Positions 26,601 through 34,856 of a DNA stretch of 64,000 nt are shown here, piece by piece (position 1 is the first letter of the stretch; each line of letters opens with the position of its first letter). The stretch is taken from positions 80,969 through 144,968 of the IMG/VR virus record IMGVR_UViG_3300017792_000017; one strand, 5' to 3'. Source of the DNA: a virus. The notes beneath the pieces are model-generated. The model saw only the letters and a list, made by a program, of their open reading frames with translations, was not told the DNA's origin and did not search any database. Position numbers and translations under genes: made by a program.

Positions 26601-28532
26601 ATGTTACAACCAAACGACGAATTTCTATTTACCCGGCAACGACACGAAGCTGATGTCATGGGCCTTCATTATGACCTCAGGCTTGTCCACAAGGACAAGG
26701 CATATTCTTTTGCAACGCTTAAAGATATGCCAAAGCCAGGCGAAATCATTGGCGTCTTTGAACAGCCTGTACATGATCGTGCTTACGCATTGAGCAAGAA
26801 GGTAGTAATCCCCAAAGGCCAATACGGTGCTGGAACTACGTATTTAGATTGGGTTCGTAAAGCTGTTGTAGCTCCACATAGTACAGAGACTATGCTTGTA
26901 ATCTTCACCAAAGATGGTGAGAAGTTTTTGCTGAAGAAATCACCGACTAAAGAAAACGAAAAATCTTGGATTCTCAGAAACATTACTGGTATGGGTAAGA
27001 GTACGAGCCCATATTTAACTCGCAAATCTTCTATTGAGAAACGAGCTTGGGCGCTTGACGACTATGCTGGTGGTAACGTATACCTAGAAAAAATTGCCAA
27101 GAAGAAGGAACAGAAAGATGATCTACGTCCCCACCAAACTGATGCCCTTGATCATTTGGATAAAGAGCATGGCGTCGTCCTTCATCACAGCCTTGGCAGC
27201 GGCAAGACTAAGACGTTCCTTAAGGCAGTACAACGCTATCAAGAAAAGTACCCGAAGAAGCGGGCGTTGGTCATTGCTCCTGCCAGTCTCGTCACGAACG
27301 TTGATAAGGAACTCAAGAAACACAATATCAAACTGGACAGAGATCGACTGGATGTAATGTCCTATGAGAAAGCTGTTATTGATGCTCACAAATTACGTAA
27401 AAATGATTACTCTATCGCAGTTGCAGACGAAGCTCACAGGCTCCGTAATACGAACACTAAACGTACTAGAGAACTCCGAGATATTATCAGCGGTGCTGAT
27501 CGTCGTTTACTTGCTACTGCTACTGGCAATTACAATAAACTCTCTGATATATCCGCTCTTGTAAACATTGCGGCCAATGATAACGTTCTTCCTGAAGAAT
27601 CAAAGAAAATGGATGATCGTTACACGAAGGAAGAAATTATTAAGCCGGGCTTCAAAGATAGACTTCTAGGAGCCAAGCCTGAAGCAGTGCGTAGACTTGA
27701 TCGTAGAAAAGAACTTAAAGAGATTCTCAATCAGTACGTAAGCTTCTACGATAGTAAGGATGATCCAGAAGCAGCAAAGCATTTCCCCAAGAAGACAGAG
27801 AAAATCGTTGAGGTTGAAATGTCCAAGGATCAGCAGAAGTATTACAAGTTTGCTGAAGGCAAGATTCCGTTCTTGCTGAGAATGAAGATTCGTCACAACC
27901 TTCCACTGGATAAGAAAGAAAAGGCTAACCTCAATGCTTTCTCAACAGGTGTAAGACAGGTTTCTAATGGCTACAGGCATTTGACAAGCGACGGTAAGGC
28001 TGAGTACTCACCTAAGATCCTCAAGGCTGTAGAGAGCCTGCAGAAGGGTATGTCAGAGGATAAAAACTTCAAAGCCCTTGTGTACTCAAACTATCTTGAT
28101 GCTGGACTTAAAGACTACTCCAGAAAGCTTCAAGAGATGAAGATTGACCATGCTGTTTATGATGGTTCTCTGTCAAGAGCAGAGAAGGATCAGCTAGTCA
28201 AGGATTACAACTCTGGTAGGAAGAAGATTCTACTGATTTCATCTTCAGGTTCAGAAGGTCTTGACTCAAAGGGTACAAAGCGTGTACAGGTTCTAGAGCC
28301 TCACTTCAACCCCAGTAAAATTAACCAAGTAGTAGGTCGTGCAGTTAGATTTGGTTCGCATGCACACTTGCCAGAAGAAGAACGTAAAGTACTAGTTGAG
28401 CATTTCCACAGCGTACATCCTAAGCCGCTATGGGGCAAGACGCCATACTCTATTGATAAGTACTTATCAGAGAATTCAGATACGAAAGAAGAACTGTTTG
28501 ACGAAGTTAAGAGCTTGATGAAAAATGACTAA
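26601..28532 (+). CDS. LigD-type 3'-phosphoesterase domain fused to an NPH-I/VETF-like SNF2 helicase
   Basis: HYDLRL, H..Y, IPKGQYGAG (PE domain); HSLGSGKT, DEAH, ATAT, SGSEGLD, QVVGRAVRFGSH (SF2); linker NVYLEKIA. Confidence 0.85.
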   Translation: MLQPNDEFLFTRQRHEADVMGLHYDLRLVHKDKAYSFATLKDMPKPGEIIGVFEQPVHDRAYALSKKVVIPKGQYGAGTTYLDWVRKAVVAPHSTETMLVIFTKDGEKFLLKKSPTKENEKSWILRNITGMGKSTSPYLTRKSSIEKRAWALDDYAGGNVYLEKIAKKKEQKDDLRPHQTDALDHLDKEHGVVLHHSLGSGKTKTFLKAVQRYQEKYPKKRALVIAPASLVTNVDKELKKHNIKLDRDRLDVMSYEKAVIDAHKLRKNDYSIAVADEAHRLRNTNTKRTRELRDIISGADRRLLATATGNYNKLSDISALVNIAANDNVLPEESKKMDDRYTKEEIIKPGFKDRLLGAKPEAVRRLDRRKELKEILNQYVSFYDSKDDPEAAKHFPKKTEKIVEVEMSKDQQKYYKFAEGKIPFLLRMKIRHNLPLDKKEKANLNAFSTGVRQVSNGYRHLTSDGKAEYSPKILKAVESLQKGMSEDKNFKALVYSNYLDAGLKDYSRKLQEMKIDHAVYDGSLSRAEKDQLVKDYNSGRKKILLISSSGSEGLDSKGTKRVQVLEPHFNPSKINQVVGRAVRFGSHAHLPEEERKVLVEHFHSVHPKPLWGKTPYSIDKYLSENSDTKEELFDEVKSLMKND

Positions 28533-29889
28533 CAAATATCTAGAAAAGATAGCGACAGACCTTAAAGAACCTGCTAGTCCAGAGAGTCTTGGCTTTGACT
28601 TGTCTAAAGGCGATGAAAAAGAACTGTACAAATGGATGACGGCTGTCACTCTTTTTTCTAGACCCATTCAACGCTCAGTAGCAGGTATGGCTGCAAAACA
28701 CATGGCTTCACAGGGTTTTCACTCACCTGAAGCCGTGGAATCTGCTGGATGGGAAACTCTTCAAGATAATCTAGTACAAGGTCACTACGGTCGTTTTGAC
28801 GAATCTACAGCTACGACGATGCTTGCTCAAGCAAGGCATTTGAAAGAGAAATATGGTACAATTAGTAATCTGATCGACAAGCGGACTCCTGAAGAAATCA
28901 GGGCAGAGATTCAATCATTTCGCGGGATCGGTCCTCTTGGGAGCCAGCTATTCGTGGAAGGTATTAATCCGTATCTCGAACATATTCAAAAACAAGCTTC
29001 AATCGATACCTACGTTCGTCACAAATACGTAGAGGGAGATTGGACTCAGCTTGAACATCCAGTAGCTTCAAAGAAGTGGGATGGTGCTCACTTCGTACTT
29101 ACCGTACAACCTGATGGTTCTTTGACTTATCATTCCCGTAGACCTAGCGTAAAAGGTGGATTTCCTGAGCGTTCAGCACAGCTTCCTCATCTAGCTAAAC
29201 CGATGCCAGAATTTGCTGGAAATCAGTTTGCAGTAGAGCTTGTACATACAGGTCTTGCAAAGTCTGAAACCGAGTCTCACCCTACTGTTTCCGGTATTCT
29301 GAATTCTCTTCCTCCACGTTCAATCGCAACTCAGGCAGAGAAAGGTCCAGTTCGTGCAGTACTTATCGATGTTAAAAATCCAGACTTGCCAACGTATAAA
29401 GACAAAGTCGAATACATTCAAAAGTTCGAACAAGCTTATGGTGAGCCAGATCTTCTGTTCTCTCCTCATCTAGAGCACGGCGTTGAAAACATCAACAAGT
29501 ATCTAGACAGAATTAAAGAACAAAAGGGAGAAGGCTTAATCGTTGCAGACTACGCTAAGCCAGAGACAGAATCAGTACGGTACAAAGTCAAGAACTACGT
29601 AACGTACAACTTGAAGGTAATTGGCCAGCAACAAGAAATCGACATCAAAGGCAACCCTAAAGACAGTATGGGTGCGTTGATTCTTGCAGATGCTTCAGGA
29701 AGAATGGTTGGTAAGGTTGGAACGGGCTTTGATAGAGATACTCGTATCAATACTTGGAAGACTCCCGAACTGTTCAATGAGAAGCTTATTCAAGTTAAGG
29801 CATATCCCCCTAGCGTTCCAGGCGGTCAAATCAGATTCCCAGTTTACAACGGCTTCGCTGACGGCGATATTGACCGTGTAAATCTCTAA
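28525..29889 (+). CDS. HhH-GPD-like domain fused to ATP-dependent DNA ligase; tagged N-terminus
   Basis: MTNKYLEKIA; FRGIGP HhH motif; KWDG, EGLIV, YKVK, VGTGF, RFPVY. Confidence 0.85.
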   Translation: MTNKYLEKIATDLKEPASPESLGFDLSKGDEKELYKWMTAVTLFSRPIQRSVAGMAAKHMASQGFHSPEAVESAGWETLQDNLVQGHYGRFDESTATTMLAQARHLKEKYGTISNLIDKRTPEEIRAEIQSFRGIGPLGSQLFVEGINPYLEHIQKQASIDTYVRHKYVEGDWTQLEHPVASKKWDGAHFVLTVQPDGSLTYHSRRPSVKGGFPERSAQLPHLAKPMPEFAGNQFAVELVHTGLAKSETESHPTVSGILNSLPPRSIATQAEKGPVRAVLIDVKNPDLPTYKDKVEYIQKFEQAYGEPDLLFSPHLEHGVENINKYLDRIKEQKGEGLIVADYAKPETESVRYKVKNYVTYNLKVIGQQQEIDIKGNPKDSMGALILADASGRMVGKVGTGFDRDTRINTWKTPELFNEKLIQVKAYPPSVPGGQIRFPVYNGFADGDIDRVNL

Positions 29890-29910
29890 AATCCACAATG
29901 GTCCTTCAAA

Positions 29911-29927
29911 TTGGTATAAGAGTTATG
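29911..29927 (+). promoter_or_regulatory. early promoter
   Basis: TTGGTATAAG-AGTTA-TG; hairpin GTAGAG/CTCTAC starts at the predicted +1. Confidence 0.75.
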
Positions 29928-29980
29928 TAGAGGAAATTCATCTCTACTAAAAACAATTCTACTCTGTAAGGACCAGTACC

Positions 29981-30628
29981 ATGAATCAGCTTTTTGCAGC
30001 CCCTAAACAGTCTACAGCAAGTTATGACAGTCAGGGGTGGCTCATTGAGCCCAAGAACTTTTCCCATGCTGTTTATTTGGTCATCGAAGCAGAGCCTAAT
30101 CTCAAGCAGTCAGAGATTCGCAATGTTCTGAAGGCTCTTGGTAACTCGGTAAACAATTTGCATCAAGCCATCAACGACCTTTTCAAGGGCGGGTACATTG
30201 CGTACTCGAACATCAAGGGTGCAATGCATGACCCGGATGATCGTTTGAAATTCCGCTGGCGTGTTACCGACAAGGTGTACAAGCCGAAAGCCATCATGAA
30301 GAAGATCAAGCCCCTTCCCGTCACGGAAAACGCACCCTCACTTCCCAAGATCGATGAGCACAAGCCAACGAAACGGACCCCGGAGCTTCATATCGTACAA
30401 GGCATTGCAACGGTTGATGCAGATCATCCACAGTTCGGAGAGATTGCAAAAACCATTCTCGACGCTACCCAGCAGCATCAGACTCCGGTCAAGGTCGAAG
30501 CACCGAAGGTAGAAGAGAAGCGTCTGATCACTGGGATTTTCATCGACATCGATGAGAAGGGAATTGTACTGACACCTGAGCAGTTCATGAAACTGTTCAA
30601 AGAAATGAAGACGCTCATCGAAGGATAA
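29981..30628 (+). CDS. winged-helix DNA-binding early protein (putative)
   Basis: PNLKQSEIRNVL...LHQAINDLFKGGYI wHTH pattern; RBS TAAGGA. Confidence 0.55.
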   Translation: MNQLFAAPKQSTASYDSQGWLIEPKNFSHAVYLVIEAEPNLKQSEIRNVLKALGNSVNNLHQAINDLFKGGYIAYSNIKGAMHDPDDRLKFRWRVTDKVYKPKAIMKKIKPLPVTENAPSLPKIDEHKPTKRTPELHIVQGIATVDADHPQFGEIAKTILDATQQHQTPVKVEAPKVEEKRLITGIFIDIDEKGIVLTPEQFMKLFKEMKTLIEG

Positions 30629-30683
30629 GGCACAGCGTAAGGACTAACTGCGCTTGCCCCCAGCGAGCGTGGTTGGGAGGTTG

Positions 30684-30728
30684 AGGAGAACACCAGACAA
30701 CCCTGCGGGTGTCTCTCCTCTTTTTTTG
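30684..30728 (+). terminator. intrinsic terminator
   Basis: GAGGAGA.CACC/GGTGTCTCTCCTC followed by T8. Confidence 0.7.
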
Positions 30729-30729
30729 C

Positions 30730-31899
30730 TTAACCGTGGCTGGTAATTTTAAGCGGAGTGTTTTCGTTGATTTCGCCACTCTTCAGAGCTTCGAGAGCAT
30801 CTGCCTCTGTTGCGAATTCACGAGGAGCTTGAGTCGTATCTGGCTCCGTGATTGCCATAGATCCAATAACTGCTTCGTGACCAGGAGCTACCATTGAAGC
30901 GCCTTGACCTTTACGATAGTCGTAAATGTGTTGTTGAGGCAGAAGCTTTTGTTTAGCTTCTTCAACTGCTTCAGGAGTCATCGGTACGTGTAAAGTCAAA
31001 GCGTCGCCATCGAAGTCACCTGCATACATAGGAAGGTGAAGTGGGTTAATACCAAGCGTCTTACCTTCAATTGGTACAGGGAAGTGAGCCGTAATGTTTG
31101 TTCTCATAAGAGTCGGAGCACGGTTAAGAATTACCGGAACCTGCTTAATCATCTTATTGAAACTATTCGTTGCAGCAACGTCACGCTTTTCTACAGCCTT
31201 TCTAGCAGCAATCCAATCATAACCATTACGAACCAAGTCACGAATAATGTGGAACTCATACATGGTCCACAGCATATCTTTTGGTGCGGCTACTTCATTA
31301 AAGCCAAGATTAGGCTCTGCATAAATCGTTGCTCGACCTGAGAAGTCTTGTTTCTTCTTTAGGAGCTTATTATGGAAGAAACCGCCCTTCGGACCAGTGT
31401 CTCCAGAAATTTGTTGAATATAACCTTTAAGCTCTTTACCACGAGCGCTTCCTGAAACAGCATCGCCAAGACCAAAAATAGCCTTGACTCCGTTATACGC
31501 ATCTTTACGTTCATTTACTAGTTGATCGTGAGTCAGGTCATCCTTAATGTCCTTCAACGAATTGTTGATGGTCATGTGGTCACGATAAAGCGTATTTACG
31601 TCAGCAAACTCAATACGGTTTCCACCCATAGGAATACTAGGTCGAACAAGAGGAGGAGTGACTGGAATATTGTGAAGCACATATGCCGTCTCTGGTCTCA
31701 AATCGACTTTTTTTAGCCCGGCTAAGTACTTGATTTTCTTTATAATTGCATCTCTCTTAGACGGAGATTTAGTTTCCTTAATCTCAGCCTTGAGTGCGTT
31801 AAGTTGCACATCTACATCGATGGTTGATAGCATCTGATGGAATGCATCGCCTGAAACCGCTAGGGTATCTGGATCTACTGGGTCGTTTGGTTTGCTCAT
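30730..31899 (-). CDS. RNA polymerase beta-prime, catalytic middle part
   Basis: PVTPPLVRP, DFSGRATI, LNRAPTL, YAGDFDGDAL (NADFDGD-like). Confidence 0.92.
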   Translation of the reverse strand: MSKPNDPVDPDTLAVSGDAFHQMLSTIDVDVQLNALKAEIKETKSPSKRDAIIKKIKYLAGLKKVDLRPETAYVLHNIPVTPPLVRPSIPMGGNRIEFADVNTLYRDHMTINNSLKDIKDDLTHDQLVNERKDAYNGVKAIFGLGDAVSGSARGKELKGYIQQISGDTGPKGGFFHNKLLKKKQDFSGRATIYAEPNLGFNEVAAPKDMLWTMYEFHIIRDLVRNGYDWIAARKAVEKRDVAATNSFNKMIKQVPVILNRAPTLMRTNITAHFPVPIEGKTLGINPLHLPMYAGDFDGDALTLHVPMTPEAVEEAKQKLLPQQHIYDYRKGQGASMVAPGHEAVIGSMAITEPDTTQAPREFATEADALEALKSGEINENTPLKITSHG

Positions 31900-31917
31900 G
31901 ATTCCAATTTTAAGATG

Positions 31918-32547
31918 TTAGCGGTTCGTCATTACTGTTCTTCTTGCTCTAGCAGGGCCGGTATATGCTGCATTCAAGTATTTTGCCGCGCCTATCCATA
32001 CGTTTCCGCCTCCTCCAGAATCAGCTTGAGTAAGAGTTATATCAAGCTTAAGAGTTTGCTTTGGAGAATTTGCACTGTATGTAATGGTAGAAAACCAATA
32101 TCCAGTGTTTTGTGTCAATGCTTGGTTTTGAGTAAGCACTGGAGCACTCCCGTCAGAAAGAGTAGCTACCAATCTCGAAGCGCCACTTGAAACTCCCCAA
32201 TATATAACCGCTGTTCTGGGAGTAGTATCTGCAGGAAATGAAATACTAAACCCCTGACCAGGAATAGAGTTGCTAGCAGGAGCTACATAAGCACCTTCCC
32301 GTCTAGTGGTTCCAGATGCTAAAGGAGTTCCGCCTGTCCAAGTATATCCTAAGCCGAAGTTGAAGCCAGCAAATGAAGCGTTTGTACCTAGGATAGTAGG
32401 TAGACTTATCGTTGAACCAGCGCCGCTTTTGCGATTAGGTGCAGTGGCTGATTGTGGAAATTCTATCCAGTCTGTCTGATTGGGAGTCGTAAGATTGTAT
32501 ACTTCAGTTCCCGTAGCTGTTGTAACTGAACCGCTTAAAGTACCCAT
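31918..32547 (-). CDS. fibre/receptor-binding-like beta protein
   Basis: Ser/Thr/Gly-rich beta composition; in the fibre cluster. Confidence 0.45.
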   Translation of the reverse strand: MGTLSGSVTTATGTEVYNLTTPNQTDWIEFPQSATAPNRKSGAGSTISLPTILGTNASFAGFNFGLGYTWTGGTPLASGTTRREGAYVAPASNSIPGQGFSISFPADTTPRTAVIYWGVSSGASRLVATLSDGSAPVLTQNQALTQNTGYWFSTITYSANSPKQTLKLDITLTQADSGGGGNVWIGAAKYLNAAYTGPARARRTVMTNR

Positions 32548-33080
32548 TATAATAGAGTTCCTACTAGATTAAAACGAATGTTTGCAAGAGTAGCATCCGC
32601 AGTTGCAGGTCCTACGATTTCGAAAATATCGTCTATTGCAAAGTTTACGCCGGAAGCAAAAGTAAGGGTTGCTACTATTCCGCTTGCTGCGAATACGGCA
32701 GTTCCTATTGAAGTTCCATTCTTAGTAAAGGTTATAGTTGTGGAAGCAGTTGCTGCAACTTTGGAATCAACTTTACTTCCAGTTAATCCTGAGGGTAAAG
32801 AAAATGCACGACGTATATTTATTGAAGTTAAGGTTTCTGCATTAGCCATACTCCCCTGCACAAACATAATAACGTCGAAAGGTATGCTCCCTCCCCCACC
32901 AGAAACATTGATAGTGACATCTCCTGTTCCGGCATCAGCTCCCGTTGAACTAAACGTAACGCCAGTACCAGCAATCACCTTAGTTATAAGTGCGCTTCCT
33001 GCTGTAGTAGTATTTAGATCTGTCCTTAAGATAGATCCATCTGCGCCTTGTGCTCCAAGATTAAGCTGTGTACGTGCCAT
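32547..33080 (-). CDS. fibre-like virion protein
   Basis: VIAGTGVTFSSTG.GTGDVTIN fibre repeat. Confidence 0.55.
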   Translation of the reverse strand: MARTQLNLGAQGADGSILRTDLNTTTAGSALITKVIAGTGVTFSSTGADAGTGDVTINVSGGGGSIPFDVIMFVQGSMANAETLTSINIRRAFSLPSGLTGSKVDSKVAATASTTITFTKNGTSIGTAVFAASGIVATLTFASGVNFAIDDIFEIVGPATADATLANIRFNLVGTLL

Positions 33081-33320
33081 TTATTTTCTCGTTTTACGTT
33101 CTGGCTGAATCATTTCTTTCAGCTCTGTATTAGACTGTTCTAATTTTAGAATTCTTTCTTTTAGATGGCTGATTAATTCTGCATCCTGTAGAACTCTTTG
33201 TGTAAGACGTTCCTTCTGAATTTCTAACATCCATACGTTAGAATATAAAACGCCCAGCTCGTTTTGCATCTTTCCGAGCCAGGCGTCTTGTTCTGGTGCC
33301 ATTCGAGTGTTATTCGTCAT
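33081..33320 (-). CDS. coiled-coil protein (fibre chaperone-like)
   Basis: Heptad pattern. Confidence 0.45.
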   Translation of the reverse strand: MTNNTRMAPEQDAWLGKMQNELGVLYSNVWMLEIQKERLTQRVLQDAELISHLKERILKLEQSNTELKEMIQPERKTRK

Positions 33321-34414
33321 TTCCAGTAATATGCTCTTAGCTTGTCTCCGGTTAACGGAGCGAACAGCATAGTGATAGCTGTTCCGCTAATAGTATAATC
33401 GTTTCCTGCACCCGGTTCAAGTAGCATACCGTTTAAGAACAGTTCAAGCGAATTAACTTGTGGAGCATTTGCAAGTGCAAACGATGTGTTTGAGCCGTTA
33501 ATAGAACCAGTAGGTGTTTCATTGTTTACTTGGTTACCATATTTCAAGAAGCCAGTACCAGCAACGTTATTTACTGTCATTGCACCAGCAGTAGAAATGG
33601 TTACATCACCAGAAGCACTAACCCAAGCAGGTTGATTGGAACCGTTGGATACAATAAGTTGACCAGAAGTACTTGAAGCAGTAATTCCTACTCCGCCTGC
33701 AGCAACTGTTAATAGTCCACCGCTTGCAGCAACAACTTGAACATTGTTAGAGCCGTCGAAGCCAAGACCGTTACCGTTCTTAATAGCGAAGGTAACACCA
33801 GTTAAACTAAGACCTTGACCATTGCTATATGAAGTGCCTGAGGTGTCTTGTGACCAAGCTGTTGACGTTGTGTCAACTGTAATGTTTATTGCCGTGGTAC
33901 AGAACCACTTAGAGTTCTTATATGTTGTGCCTTCTGGCTCAACTAGAACGTAAGCGCCTTCTTTCTGTGAACTTGCTGCAGCCCAGTCAGCAGGCCGAGT
34001 CCATGCACCTACAGCTACAACCCAAAGACCATTCTGTGAACCAGTAGTCTGTGCAGTTGCAAGAACACGGTCACCTGCTACAAGAGAAACTCCGTCAATA
34101 GTCTGAGTTCCACTTAACGTAATATTTGAAGCGGCAAGTGCTCTAGCTGCGTTCTTAAAGCTTAGACCGTTAGCTAAAGCGTCAACGTATGATTTGCTAG
34201 CTACGTCTGATCCGTTCGTTGGAATACCTACGTTGGTAATCGAAAAACCGCCCATATTAAGAGAAGCGGCCATAGCAACAGTGCCTGTCGAACGAATAAA
34301 TGAGGCACCGTCTTGGAGTTGAGATGTTGGAAGATTGAGGCCGGATACAAGCGCTGAAGCTGGAATAGATCCAGCCATTATCTGTGAACCGCCCCGGATT
34401 AATGTTTGAGCCAT
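33317..34414 (-). CDS. fibre protein (head or tail fibre)
   Basis: DVASKSYVD, LSGTQTIDGV..VAGDRVL, QNGLWV motifs typical of phage fibres. Confidence 0.7.
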   Translation of the reverse strand: MAQTLIRGGSQIMAGSIPASALVSGLNLPTSQLQDGASFIRSTGTVAMAASLNMGGFSITNVGIPTNGSDVASKSYVDALANGLSFKNAARALAASNITLSGTQTIDGVSLVAGDRVLATAQTTGSQNGLWVVAVGAWTRPADWAAASSQKEGAYVLVEPEGTTYKNSKWFCTTAINITVDTTSTAWSQDTSGTSYSNGQGLSLTGVTFAIKNGNGLGFDGSNNVQVVAASGGLLTVAAGGVGITASSTSGQLIVSNGSNQPAWVSASGDVTISTAGAMTVNNVAGTGFLKYGNQVNNETPTGSINGSNTSFALANAPQVNSLELFLNGMLLEPGAGNDYTISGTAITMLFAPLTGDKLRAYYWK

Positions 34415-34487
34415 TTGTGGCTCTCCTTTTTAAAAGAGGCCCGATAGTAGCTGGACCTTAGCTTACAAACTGTATTTTAACTTTTGC

Positions 34488-34856
34488 TTATTTTATATAA
34501 GTCAGCATAATAAGGTCCCCGGCATACAGATCTAAATCTTCTGGTAGTATAAGGACGTTACTAACTACTTCATAACAAGTTCTGGATTGGAGAAATCCAT
34601 TTATAAACAACATTGTTCCTAGCGTAGGAACATCTGGTAAAGATAAATTTTGTGCACCATCAAAAGCCAGAGTAAACTCGGCTTGTTCTAGGGTAAACGA
34701 TGATGGTGAACTGTCTCTTTCTTGTGTTGGAGGAGCTACAACTCCCACCGGAGTAGTGGGAGGAGTAGTTACTATCTGATCAATATCATAGTCATCATCC
34801 ACAATATCTGTAAGATCAGATAGCCCCCTTATAAACCTATTGGGATTCGTGATCAT
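34488..34856 (-). CDS. virion protein with a small beta domain like the fibre C-terminus
   Basis: LFINGFLQ...GDLIMLTY parallels LFLNGMLL...GDKLRAYY of 33317..34414. Confidence 0.5.
   Translation of the reverse strand: MITNPNRFIRGLSDLTDIVDDDYDIDQIVTTPPTTPVGVVAPPTQERDSSPSSFTLEQAEFTLAFDGAQNLSLPDVPTLGTMLFINGFLQSRTCYEVVSNVLILPEDLDLYAGDLIMLTYIK

Noticed and set aside
29491-29520. INKYLDRIKE in the ligase as another tag
   Set aside because: Lies inside the catalytic domain and lacks the KxA ending
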